A stretch of 63,353 bases of DNA, the filler included, from Intoshia linei (taxonomy: Eukaryota; Animalia; Orthonectida): NCBI GenBank assembly GCA_001642005.1. It is 8 parts of 8 records of this genome, joined end to end, with 100 filler letters (N's around TTAATTAATTAA, not from the genome) between each part and the next. Parts side by side here need not be neighbours in the genome. Positions count along the whole stretch, not along the records: positions 29,936 to 52,846 come from LWCA01000579.1; positions 52,947 to 56,088 come from LWCA01002136.1; 6 more parts are not named here. The stretch is one strand, 5' to 3'. This document shows, in pieces, positions 40,334 to 53,486 of the stretch. Position numbers and translations under genes: made by a program. The first letter of the stretch is position 1; every line of letters starts with the position of its first letter. The notes below the pieces were generated by a model that was given only the letters and a program-made list of their open reading frames with translations, did not search any database and was not told the DNA's origin.

Positions 40334-43300
40334 TTAAAATCTTGGCATAATTGTTTTCAAGTTTCCGTATATTTTTGAAGCCGGGGTACCTAAAAATAGA
40401 TTGTGAATGCTGGCTCAGGATTTAATAAAAATTTTACCCATAATTAAATTTGATATAGTTCTTCTTGCAATCGCAATATTAGAAAATGCTCCAAGGATGT
40501 GAATTTTTCTAAATACTTGAAATTATAAAATCGTATCGTTGAGTTAGAAAAATAGTTAATCTATTGTGACCACTAATTAAATTTAAACTTTAGATTTATT
40601 ACAGACAAATACACTTACAGTAGTTGTTGATATAAAACACCCTTTTCTAAAAACGTATGGCTTATATTTTCCTTTATTATACCTTAGTGTATATCGGGTC
40701 GGCAACTAGTGCCCTTTGAGTAAATATGTAAATTATTTATTTTTCAAGTTTTAAAAATTTTCTACTATAATTGACTCATTATAATCATTTTAATACTGAA
40801 TTTTCAGATCGCCCAGAATTTATTTTGTTGAATTCAAAACCGTTTCACTTCAGTTAAAGTTGAAATGTATATTTTCAAAAACGAGTCCGTATAATTTTTT
40901 GATATAAAAGTGTCCCACCAGATGCAAACCTTTTTACTTTTGCCGACCTCTGGTGCATATAAATGTAGTTTATATTAATGATGAAAAAATTGGAAAAATA
41001 TCAAGAACTGATTAAATAATTAGTATAATAAAGGAAATACGTGTCTGCAACAATAATTCTTGTCTTTGTTGCGTTTTCAATAGCATAACGAGTTCTTCCG
41101 TTCTTTCCTGCTATTCTTCCAATCGCTCTAGATACATGCTCTCCTTTTAACTGTTTAACTACATATTCAATTAATTATACATTGCATATATATATTATAC
41201 ATTACATTATAAAATTGAAAGTGTTCATATTATACGTTTTATCAAAAATGATAAAACGTAAAAATATTTAATTACCATCATTAATTTCGAAGCTTTCAAT
41301 GTACATATCATCTAACCTCAAAATAGCTAATGCATCTTGAACAGCAAACCCAAGAATAAATGATTTAACAAAATCGGCTGCCTTTTGTAAATGTAATACG
41401 TTTGTAGTTTCCTCTGAGACCTAAATAATGTATCAAAATTGACATAATGGTGTGGTAAAAAGAGTAAACACCAATTTGTAAAGTTTTATTTGCAAATGGT
41501 CGCTTTTGTAAAAGATTTAGTTAAAATTATTTTATATACATTAATTTTTTTTGAGGGTGTCTACTTAAATCTAACCATTTTTACTAAAAATCAAAATTTA
41601 CCAACACTAAACGGAAAAATCCAGTTTTACCAACCCTAAAAGTAAAAATTCGGTTTTAAAAACCCCTAAGGAAAAACTACAATTTTTCCAACCCTTAAGG
41701 TAGTGTGACCACAAAAAAGACGTACTATCAATTTTAGTTTATTTGATGATAAATGTACAGCCAAAACTACTTATCTATGATGACAAATACAAATTTTTGG
41801 CTTAAAATTTATTCCAAATAAACTAAAAGTAATAGTACGTCTTTTTTCTGGTCACACTACTTAAGGGAAAAGTCCACTTTTACAAACCCATAAGGAAAAA
41901 TCCCAATTTTACTAACCCTAATAGGAAAACCCACTTTTACCAACCTAAAAAGTCATAGAAAATAGTTCATATGAAAAATCCAGTTTTACAGAATTACAGA
42001 ATTATCCTTAAGGTTTAGTAAAACTCGATTTTTCAATTAAAGGTTGGTAAAAGTGGGCTTTCCCATAAGAGTTGGTAAAATTTGGATTTTTCCTTAGGGG
42101 TTTGTAAAAGTGGATTTTTTCCTTAAGGGTTAGTAAAACTTGATTTTTTCATTAAAGGTTAGTAAAAATGGTTGGGTTTAAGAATATTATCATTTTTTTT
42201 AACCCAACTTTTAAAGGGTTTTAAGATTTTTTTAACCAAACTGTAAGGTTGTCTTACAACTTTATCTGAAACAATAAAACAATTTGTACAAATAAAAAAT
42301 TTTACAAATTTAGGCACTACGGGTAAATGCGCTACGCTTCCACCAAAAGGAAACTTTAACATAAATTATAACTTCATCTTTGAAATTAAACATATAATTT
42401 AAACCAGTGATATACAAAGTGTAAACCATTGGTTGCCAAACTCATTTGGTCTACCACCCTGTTTTTAGCAATATATTTTTCAACGCCCCTTGAAAAAAAA
42501 TTCGACGTCGTACAATATGCATTTAAAAATTTGTAAATCGTTCCCTAACTGATTCAATCGCCTACTGTTGGAACCTCTGGTGTAAACGAATTAAAATTGA
42601 AATAAAATTCTATATTTACAAAAAAATCTATCTACTTTAAATCTATTTCCATTTTTTACCATCGAATTAAAATTAATTTTTTGGTGTCAGTTGATTAATA
42701 TATCAAAATTAATATTAAAAATGTAATTCTTATTTTTTCTTTGATATAATATCTGCCACACTAGGTAAAATACCACTTAAAAAATCATAAAAGTCATAGA
42801 AAATTTATGTAAGCCACTGAACATGTTATCAAAATTTAAATTTTTTTCAAATAAAATTGTACCTCATGATATTCCTCATTTATATAAAATAAAAATTGTT
42901 AAATGTGTCTGTGTGTACCCATTTATAGACAAAACAGTTGCAAAAATTTCAAAAACAAAAATTACCATTATTAAAATCATGAGCATTATCATAAATAGCA
43001 ACCTAAAAACCGCAAATTACTGACTACAATTATGTATTTGATAAATGGAAAAACTTTAAATAGAAAAATTTCATCATCACATCAAATAGATATTTTCAGT
43101 TAACATACATAAAAAATTTCAGTCTCACAAAATTATGCCTTGAGTTAAAAAAGGAACGTTTATTTGGGAAATTATGTCATTGACATAAAATATATAATAA
43201 ATATTTAATTGTCCTAGAATGAAACAAAAGAGATTACTGTGATAGTTTATGAAAAATGTTTATATTTTTTAATAATAAAATCTAACTTTTGGCGTGGAGA

Positions 43301-44837
43301 CTAAGGGTTCACGCCATCTCCTTTTACAATTGGTGATATGAGATATAAGACTAGACTTGTAAAACATTACACAGCAATAAATGCAGTAATAGCTCATAAT
43401 TTTTATATCATTATAAAAATATACTCCCTCGCAGCAATTTTGCAATTGATATGAACCAATCTAAATATCATGCTAGGTTTTTGAATCTTTTATATATTAA
43501 ACGATTTGGCAAGATCTTTCATTGGTAAAAGTCGTAGAAATTGAAGTTTTTAATTATTTAGTTACTTTGAACGTCTCATCAATTTTGCAAAACTATCGAA
43601 AACATAATAAACTCGTAGTTCCATACAAATAATTGTTCTTAAGCTGTTTTCATTATCGCAAATGACACTGTCAAATAATATTACAAAATTAATAGAAAAA
43701 GATTTGAAGGATGGCATCGAAAAGGTAAATATCGCAAAAATCCGCAATGTTTGCCTTAGAACAATTTATAACATTTCAAATCATGAAATATCAATCAAAT
43801 TAAAGCGAATTACAACCTTTAAAAAAAAAAGAGTTCAAAAATCAATTACAAAGTCTGCTGATAGGGTGTAAAAATCTATAAGGTTGTTACATCGACATCC
43901 GTTGCTACCCGTATGCGATGTGCTCCTTCAAGAGCAACTATTTGCCAAGCCCTTAATGATAGCGGTTTGAAGTATCGACGTCCATTGAAAAAACTGACAT
44001 ATATTTAATATGTCAATAAATAATTATATTTATTGTTTTGCAAAATTGTTAAGACTTTCTTATCTACATATAAATAAAAAAGATCAATTTCTACGAATTA
44101 ATTCGGCCCATTTTTTTATTTTGTTTTAACCTATGATAGATCTTGCTTCGCTGATTAATACATAAAAAATTCAGAGACTTAGAGTTTCACTAAGACTAGT
44201 TTCTACTAGCGAGGGAGTATATTAAAGTTAAATATATAAAATATAAACCCGTATTTCGACACGTCGATTTTTGAGATTAAATCGAATTTGTAGCTTTAAA
44301 TGATTTACAATAGGTTCATAAATTTTGGTCCAATTTTGTTTCAAAGGTGTGTATCTATGTCTAGGAACTTGAATGCTACGCATATCAGATCCAGTCTAAA
44401 CATTTAACATTTAAATAGAATTACAGTTACATTAACATAATAACACTGGGTTCCCAAACTTTTTTCATGGGGACTGGTAATAAATTACAAAATTTATCGT
44501 GAACCATAAAGCGACATTACTAGGCAAAATTAAAAAAATTTTGATGAAAAACGTAATAATTGATTTTTTCAAAATTTTTTCGCGCACCGGCATTTGACAA
44601 ACGCTGGTTAAACATAAATGCTCAATTAAATTAAAAATTTGGTGTCTAAAACGTTCAACAATGATTGGAGAAGTCACTAAATTTAAAATATCTGCATTGA
44701 AATTAAATATTATATTTTACTGGAATATCTTCAATTCGACGTTTGATTTTGTAGTTTTTTTTCTTTTTTTGGGTCTTTATCTTAAATTTCGAATCTATTT
44801 TATCATTTATCTCTTCAATTTCGTTGATTTTGTTCAT
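40334..44837 (-). CDS. PNO1: RNA-binding protein PNO1/Dim2 (40S biogenesis); exons 44837-44721, 44395-44249, 41420-~41276, ~41158-41041, ~40508-40438, ~40389-40334
   Basis: [40 protein letters not shown]^..[37 protein letters not shown]^[39 protein letters not shown]^[18 protein letters not shown]^[11 protein letters not shown]. Confidence 0.95.
40695..40952. mobile_element. hAT-type MITE in a PNO1 intron
   Basis: Termini C..GGGTCGGCAA / TTGCCGACCTCTG; TSD GTGTATAT / GTGCATAT. Confidence 0.7.
41570..42175. repeat. foldback array of ~31-bp subrepeats in inverted arms, with a nested TTAA-flanked MITE (about 41695-41864)
   Basis: Left arm ..TTTTACCAACCCTAAGGAAAAATCC.., right arm ..GGATTTTTCCTTAGGGGTTTGTAAAA..; related units at about 47480-47640. 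Confidence 0.75.
42427..42579. mobile_element. hAT-type MITE
   Basis: Perfect 8-bp TSD GTGTAAAC on both sides; imperfect TIRs CATTGGTTGCCAA / TTGGAACCTCTG. Confidence 0.75.
43424..44217 (+). mobile_element. internally deleted Tc1/mariner-superfamily element in PNO1 intron 2
   Basis: TA|CTCCCTCGC...GCGAGGGAG|TA; contains an HTH-like N-terminus (43662-43871, [15 protein letters not shown]) and a frameshifted [19 protein letters not shown]. Confidence 0.8.
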
Positions 44838-44941
44838 TATATATTTCGTTTATGTAATTTAAATTTCACGTGAATATATTTTGTTTGGAATATAAGTTTA
44901 TTTATTACTACATGTATTACAACTTTATTAAAAAAAATTAA
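44838..44941. promoter_or_regulatory. 104-bp bidirectional promoter region PNO1/CDK5RAP1 with E-box CACGTG (44867-44872)
   Basis: Divergent start codons at 44837 (-) and 44942 (+). Confidence 0.6.
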
Positions 44942-47900
44942 ATGTTAAAATTGAACAGCAGAGTACCCTTTAAGTTACTATCAATTTATTATATGCAAAG
45001 CAGATATAATATTCATGAGAATACAACGCATTTCAATAAAATTTGTTCCAATACGTGCGGTTCACGCAGTAGAACAAGATTGTCTAAATTGCAAACCCAA
45101 TTACAAACCGAAGATGTGGGTTTATTTAAATTTCTCAATGTAAATAAAACTGTAATTGAACCTCCAAAAACTAGTGTAATTCCCTATATTGACAAAAATT
45201 CGCTTTATGGGAATGGTAAATTAGGTAAAATTATATGTTTCAATTTATATTCAACTTACAGTATATTTCGAAACGTATGGCTGCCAAATGAATGATAGTG
45301 ATACTGAAGTGGCATGGTCAATTTTAAAGGCGTATGGCTACGAGAGAGCTATGAGTCCAGATTTTGTATATACTAAATGAATCTATACTTACAATTAGTG
45401 TGATATAGCATTGTTGATGACGTGTGCTGTTCGCGAGGGAGCTGAATCTAAAATATATGCTCGATTAAACCAACTCAATTCTTTTAAAATGCGACGCAAA
45501 CGTTATTCTGATAAACATCCTTATAAAATTGGTCTTTTGGGTATTATCTGTATTAATGGATAGCTTATGTTTAGGTTGCATGGCTGAGCGATTGAAATCA
45601 AAGTTATTAAATTATTCAAACGGAATAGTAGATATTGTATGTGGTCCAGACGCTTTACGTGATCTACCAAACCTAATAAGCAGTGTTTACGGAGATATGC
45701 CAAATGCTGGTAAGGTTTAATATTGACTGCAGAGTTCGGACTCCGAACATTGATGTATATTGTAATATAAGTCATTAATGGCTCCTTTTATTAAAAAACA
45801 GAATTTTGAAAAATATTTATTAAATATTAAGTATATTTTTCTGGTTTCTAAATAATTGTTAGACTTAATGGTTTATATTTTGACTATCAGAAAACTTTAT
45901 GCCACCTTATTAATTATGGATTAGTTGAGATTTTGTTTGATTGTTAAGGAATACTACTAGGCAGAGCCGAACCTAACACGCTGGAGGTCACCATGTTATA
46001 AGGTTAACAAGTGAAAAATTGGTTTCAAAAAATTTCGAAAACGTTGGTGACATAAACCATAGCCACTCTTGACGGACCAGGACTTATTTTTTAATTTCTG
46101 CACGCAAAATACAATAAATGTAGTATGTTCAAGAATATAATTTTTTAAAACCTCAATTTGTAAAAATCATGTACCGGAGAGGGTCTTGGTACGGTATGTT
46201 TGAATATGCAACCATGGTCTGTCATAAATTATGTAATTTATATACATTTATGTACTTATTTTAAATTTAGTAAATGTTGCACTTTCTATTGAAGAAACGT
46301 ATTCGGATATTGTGCCAGTTCGTTTGGATCAAAGTAGAAAAACGGCATACATGTATTTTTTAATGATTTAATTTTAATTCTATTTAGTTCAATCATGAGA
46401 GGCTGTGATAACATGTGTACTTATTGTATAATGTAATATTTTTAAATTTATAATTATTATATTTTATTTAGCCCATTTACTCGTGGCAGAGAACGCAGCA
46501 GGAATATATCAACTATACTGGATGAAGCAAAACATTTGATAGAACAGGTATGTTCACTTTATATACATTTTTTTAATAGTGATTTTAGGGAGTTAAGGAA
46601 ATTTGTTTGGTCGGACAAAATGTAAATAGCTATCGAGATTTATCCGGTATGTTTTTTTTATTTAAAGGTTTCGTTCCGTTCCATTTGAACTGTGGTTATT
46701 AACGAGTTTCCGCATTATCTGGGATGCAACTTGATCATTTAAAAAAAAGTTATATAAATTAATTTTATTTAAAATTAAACGTCATTTTTAGATATTGAAA
46801 CTCAGATTTTTGTAATTTTCGAGTAAAAGTTTTAAAGATTTGAGTTAAAAATTTTCAACTTTTTATATACAATTTTTGATAATATCATATCTGATTTCTC
46901 TCAGAAAAAAGTGAGAAAACAACATTTGTGAAGAATTATGAATAATTTTTTGTTTGTTTGTTTGTTTTTTGTAAACTTTGTTCATTAATTAAGTAAGTTT
47001 TTTTAAAAGAAATAAAAGTCACTAGAAACCTACATAATATATTTTAATGCGGTGGTTTTTAACCATTTTGTTTTCGCGACCCCCTTATAAACATAAAAAA
47101 TTTTCGCAACCCTAAAATTTTCTATATACTTATAACATCTTATTAATTCACATAAATAAAAATATTAAAAAAACATATTTAGTTTTATTTATATTTTATA
47201 CTGTGTTCAAATTCTCACGACCTCCCTGATAAATTTCGCGATCCCTCCAGCGGTCGTGACCCCTCGGTTGAAAACCACTGTTTTAATGCTTTTATTAATA
47301 CTCAATGAAATAAGACTCTTAGTCTTCAACCAAAAGTATGCTCTGTTTTCTGAAAAGGGCCCCTAAAATTTTTTTATTGCTTCGCTTAAAACTTTAAAGG
47401 GCCTCCGTCCCTTTGCTTAGCCCAAAGCCACGAAGTAGCTTAAGACGGTTCTGGTTGGAATGAAAGCTTATTCTCATAAGATTTGGTAAAATCGTGTTTT
47501 TCAAAAAAATATTGGAAAAAGGGGAGATTTTTCTCTTAAAGGTTGGTAAAATGGATTTTATATTTTGTTGATTTTTTTCATAAGTATTCGTAAAATTAGA
47601 TTTTTCAAAAATATATCGGTAAAAGTCAATTTTTCCCAGGGCTTGAAATGGTATTTTTTATTAAATTTTATTAATGGTGGGATAAAAGTGAGATTTTTCA
47701 AATAATAATGTAGCGGTCGTTTTGTACTTTGGGATGATCAACATCAAATATGAAACTCTGTAATAAATATTAAAAATTCTTCTACAGAAATAAAAAAAAG
47801 TGGATCAAAATTTTTTTATGTTGTATTTGAATCTCACGTACCCCATAGACATAATTTTAGATCCAATCGAAAACCACTGTTAATGCATACACTATTTGTA

Positions 47901-50419
47901 AAAAATTCCTCGTTAACGGAATGAGATTTTTTTTAGGACCAATTATTCCGATAACGAGGGATTAGCCTGTAGTTGTATTTAGTTCTAAAAAATATGTTTA
48001 TACAAAATTACTAAATTGACCCAAATATTTTTCATAGACCCACGTATTTGTATTGTTAATTTTGCGACCTTAGTAATATATATTAAAAAAGTGACTTTTT
48101 TGGCGTAATAGACATACAAAGATAATACCCTTGTGTCAAGTTTTTATTTTTTATTTTTAGAAGTACAATTGTGTGATACGTTAAATTCAAAAGGATTTAA
48201 CACTATTTACAAAAATCGCAAAAATGGAATAAGATTCGATACATTATTGGATAAAATTTCACAAATCGACCCAGAAGTTAGAATTAGATTTACTGCTCCT
48301 CATCCTAAAGATTTTCCAGATTCAGTAAATAATATTATAATATAATTACACGGCGAACATTTAGTTGAGCGACATTCATTTTAACGATGTATTGTTAGTT
48401 CGATACATCTTAGAAAGACATAATCATCAATTTTGTTAATTGATCATAATATTTATTTTTTGACAATACTTTTTTGTTTTCTTTAAGTGTGTTATTTAAT
48501 GACAATGAGCAAATTTTTTTTATGGGGTTTTTAAAGGAAAGTTTTTTAACCCAATTTTAAAAGATTGTGAAAAAAATTTTGAAAACAAAATTTCTGTAGG
48601 GTTTTGAAAGGAATATTTTTAACTTTTGATAGAATCTCCAAAATTTTTCAAAATTGGTTGAAATAATGTTCCCTTAAAAACCTAAAACAATGATATATAA
48701 TCAAAAATATAAATAATAATAAGAATAATTATTTATTGGAAGCTAATTTAACCACGTCTTTAATGACATAAACTGGTTTTCACTGACGATCAAAATGATT
48801 TTTAAATTGAAATTGACCTCAAACATGTATAGTAGAGCACTGCAATAAAGGTAGTAGAATGAACATTTGTTGGGTCTATACCGTCTAACCCTAATATTTG
48901 ATAACTAGCTCATACATGGTTTGATCATTGTAGGGATCGTTCGAACTTTTTTATCTCCATACCCCTTCAAAATATACTATATTTTTTTGACATTACATTT
49001 TTGTGAGTTCAAAGACAAAGAACACACATAAATTGCGGGTCGCAGTGCATCTGTGATGTATCGAATGTTGAATATATTTTTTGTAACATAAAAAATATTT
49101 TTCGGATTCAAAATATGTGTTACCACATTTTTATAATTGCTGGTCTATTTACGTTATAAAAGTTTTTTAGTTTTTGGATGTAATAAATGATAAACACAAC
49201 ATATGCAATCAAATACACATACCAGCTCAAAGTGGATCGACGCAAGTTTTGAAAACAATGAACCGCGGTTATACACGAGAGGCATACCTTGAGCTTATAC
49301 ACAAAATTAAAGATAGAGTCAAAGGTTTAGTATATTTTAATGCAATATTTATCTATTAATAGACGTTGTTTTATCCAGTGATTTCATTGCGGGATTTTGC
49401 AATGAAACCGAAGAAAACCACCAAGAAACTATGCAATTATTACGCGATGTTCGATATAATCATATTTATGTTTTTCCTTATAGCATGAGAGAAGTATTTT
49501 TAATTTTATTTTATAAAATAATGTTTTAGAAAACTAAAGCTCATTATCGTTTGGTAGATGACGTCGATGAGGCTGTAAAAAAACGTAGACATATGGAATT
49601 GGCAAATCTTTATAGAGAAATTGCATTAGAAGATCATATAAAATGTATAGGCTCGGAACAATTAATGATGGTTGAAGATGTAATTAGCTATATTTAGTAG
49701 TAGACTTGCAAGTTGCAATTAATATTTGATACAATGTCTTTCAAAATAAAAACCATTTTTCACCTTTAAAAAATATACCTATCAATAAAAATAACTTAAC
49801 ATTAACGTGTGGGTTCAAAAATAGTATTATACTAACCATTCTAAAGTTTTGTAAAATAATTTTAATAAAAAAGCTTTAAAATTTGATTAAAATACCCTAA
49901 AATCTCTTTAAATTTTATCGCGTTTAACTCATGGATCAATTTTAGAATTGTTTTATATTCCTTGGAGACATAAAAGAAGTATTTGCTTGAATTTTGCTTT
50001 AGTTTTCTAAAGTTTGTTTAAGAATTTAAATATTAACATATGTAAATATATTTCAACTCTTAATAAAAATTTCAAAGGTCGGAAAAAGAAGTAAAGATAC
50101 TTTCTATGGTGCTACTGAAGGTGGAGTGAGAACTATTATACCAAACAATTTACAAATACCTGATTTAACTTGTGACGGAAATAATTTGATAGACATAAAA
50201 AAGGGCGATTACATTGCAGTCAAGGTACTTTATTTCTGCAAGAATCTTAAAATATTAACATAAACTTTATACTAAAGTGGGTTGAGAAGATTATTATTAT
50301 AGTTTCACTCTATTTATTATTATATTTAGATTACTAAAGCCACTTCTCAAACATTCAATGCCCAGCCATTATACAAAACAACATTAAAAAAATATCATGG
50401 TAAAAATAACCATGATTAA
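44942..50419 (+). CDS. CDK5RAP1: mitochondrial tRNA methylthiotransferase CDK5RAP1 (MiaB family, radical SAM), multi-exon
   Basis: [67 protein letters not shown]^[72 protein letters not shown] and a TRAM-like C-terminus. Confidence 0.95.
47050..47280. mobile_element. hAT-type MITE in a CDK5RAP1 intron
   Basis: TIRs CGGTGGTTTTTAACC / GGTTGAAAACCACTG; perfect TSD TTTTAATG. Confidence 0.88.
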
Positions 50420-50447
50420 ATAAACAGTAACGTCCTATTTTTTTTAA

Positions 50448-52382
50448 ATGAAACAATTGGATGAAGATTTCGTGAAAGGCTGTTTGTCAAAAAAGGTTGA
50501 TAATAATATTGAAAAATATTATTTAAATTTTTCAAAATTAAATTTAACGGACCTTAAATATTCGTTTGATTGGTTTGACAATGGTAGAGCAATATCTTCG
50601 TCGACCTCTTTTACTCAAAATTCAAAGTTGGTCGTTTATTTGAATATTTCGTACAATTTGCTTGAATATTTTGATCATAGTCATGTAAACATATTTGATT
50701 TGAGGGAAATTGATTTATCCATCAATCGCTTAACCAAGTAATCAATATACATTTTAATTGGAGAAATATTTTAATTTTAGAATTGATTTTGTCGACTATG
50801 ATAATTCAAACTTAATTAAAATAAACGCATCCTATAATAATTTAGCTAATATAAATCTACATGATTCAATCATAAATAATCTTGTTGATTTAAACTTGAA
50901 TTGTAATGATATTCGCAATGTTTCATGTCTGGTTGTTTTAAAAAAATTGAAAATTTTAAATATCAGCAATAATAAGGTAATTTATTTTTTATTTTTTCTT
51001 ATTTTTAGATTGATAACTTGGATAAATTTAATCAATTATCACATTTAACAAAATTAACAGCTGATAAGAACAGAATTGTAATTATTAACTTTTAAATACA
51101 GTATTCTTTCTAATTCGTCAATATTGGGAGTCCCAAGTTGGCATTTGATACAATGTTGCGTAATGGAGATGACTACATATTAATTTTAATTAGCAATTTT
51201 TACACCTTTGTCCCTTTAATAAATAAGTTTGTTTTTGGATAAAAAACTAAATTTATCTTTATTTACTCTTTTATAGTAGTTGATTAAAAGTAACTCAGTT
51301 GAAATTTTATTTATAGAAATCTATATTACCTATTACTGTCTGTTTAAAATTGGAATGGCTCAGTTTATCTCATAATAATCTTACCAATTTGATTGATACT
51401 ACCGAATCTTTATCTGGTTTAAAAGAATTAAAAACTGCTTTTTTTTATGTAATTAAATTAAATTAGTAATATTGATATTAGCCTATATTTAAAAATATTC
51501 TTAAACTATTTAGGGGAATGAAATTGAAAGAAATGTACACTACCACAATGAAATAACCAACAACACTAATATTATTTTACTGGATAATGTTCCCGTTCGA
51601 CCACTAGATACATTAAATGTAAATATTCGACATAGAATGTATCAAATATTGAAAATATTAGAACATTTCACCTTCCAATCACATGACTGTTTTCAAAAAA
51701 TTGGCTAAACAAGTTTACGAAGGACAGATAAAGGCTAGACGTGAGCAAGTCGAAGATCAAATAAAATTTTATCATAACAGAATAGCGTAAAATTTTCAAA
51801 ATATAGATTTTTAAGTGCGTGTACCACTCCACCTTGGAACGTGTGACCAAGATTACATGGACATTTTAGACTTGAACAATAAAATCATACATGTAAGAGT
51901 AACAATGGGTCGTCGAAAATTAAAAATAAATCAAATTGTTATAGGCTGTAAGCCAGTTTTTCCTAAAAATGGGGCCTGACAAATTTCACAAACTGTTGTA
52001 TCAGCACCAAAAAAAAGAAGAATTTTTTCAAGTGGAGTCTACCATAAAAAAGGTTTGGAAACACTGCTGTAAAGTTTACATTGTAAACGATAATTTGCAT
52101 TATTAATTTTGAATTTCTAGTTCAATTCAAAATGATTTCAATGAATACAGCAAACGAATATATCGTGAATTTGAGTCATGTATGGGGTAATATGAAAGTA
52201 TTTAAATAATTACGTAAAACTTTAGATTATTTGACGAGATGGATTTATCCGACGACAATAAATATTTAATTGAAAGAGCTCAAAGGAAAATCGATTCCAT
52301 CGGAAAGGTAAATTTTTTAGAAATTTATTTAAACCATTATTAGAAAAAACCTGAATTGGCTCATCGTTTAGAAACCGATCAA
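50448..52382 (+). CDS. leucine-rich repeat protein (multi-exon, 3' end unresolved at the gap)
   Basis: Repeated LxxLxLSxNxL motifs (VVYLNISYNLL, LREIDLSINRL, LVDLNLNCNDI, LKILNISNNK, LEWLSLSHNNL) joined by short GT-AG introns. Confidence 0.7.
51954..52066. mobile_element. short hAT-type MITE
   Basis: CAGTTTTTCCTAAA / TTTGGAAACACTG; TSD CTGTAAGC / CTGTAAAG. Confidence 0.6.
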
Positions 52383-53486
52383 GTAAATTAAATTTTATTC
52401 AGTTTTAGCCCAATTCGTTTTTTGCGACACGATATGAACACTACTCAAAACACGAAATATAAAAATTTTGTAAAAGATCCAAAGTTCGTATTCGGATCGT
52501 GTTGCAGACCTCTAGTATGCATCAATAAATTAGTCATTTTATACGAGAATGAAAAGGGTCCAATATTTTTTTCACGGTAGACCGGTAATAAATTACAAAA
52601 TTTATTGCGGATAATTAAAGCGATATTACTAGGCAAGATTAAAAAAAATTTGGTAAAAAACGTAATAAATTGACTTCTAGGTAGTGATTGTGCCGGGGAA
52701 AAAACCGGGACAAAATTCCCCGGGATTCCCCGAAAAAAATTGAGACAAACCTGTGTTTGATTTATGTTTGATATTAATATGATTATATTATCATATTTAA
52801 AATTTACCATTTCAAAAATTCCACCACTAATAAAATTTAATCAAAANNNNNNNNNNNNNNNNNNNNNNNNNNNNNNNNNNNNNNNNNNNNTTAATTAATT
52901 AANNNNNNNNNNNNNNNNNNNNNNNNNNNNNNNNNNNNNNNNNNNNAAATAAAATTAAAAGAGACGCTTTAAAATCAAACTAGACGCCTTGATATTAAAA
53001 AAGACGCCCCTAAAAAAATTTTTCGACTTCAGCGAATTTAAATATATTGCTCGCTTCGCTCGCACCCATTAACTAGCCTCTTGGATCCGCCCCTGTTACC
53101 AGTCACTTTTAACTCTTGTAAACTTTAACTAAACCTATCATGGTTCTCGAATGGAGGTGAGGTACTATGGGCCGCTGACAATTTCAAAATAAATGAAATT
53201 TCTGAAATTTTCACTGATTTTATTTATTTTAGAAATATACATTTTATTATAATTGAAAAATAAATTATTTTTAATTTTACAATTTTTGGGAATTCCGAAA
53301 AATTTTTAAAATCCATAAATTCAGCAGTTTGTTGTAAATTAGCAAATTTCAATTACCATACCGTGTCTTCAAAAAACCTTTAACTTTTATTTTTTCCAAA
53401 TGTATACTTTTGTATATATTAACCAAAAAAAAAATAATTGAGGGCACAGATCAGTAAATACATCGCATTTACATCAAAACGTTTAG

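Noticed and set aside
40977-41013. ATGATGA...CTGA with a terminal stem, resembling a C/D snoRNA
   Set aside because: Only about 37 nt long and antisense to the host PNO1 intron.
51662-51892. Phase conflict between LRR-gene exons suggesting frameshifting or non-canonical splicing
   Set aside because: Cannot be separated from a single-base assembly error or a misassigned exon without reads.
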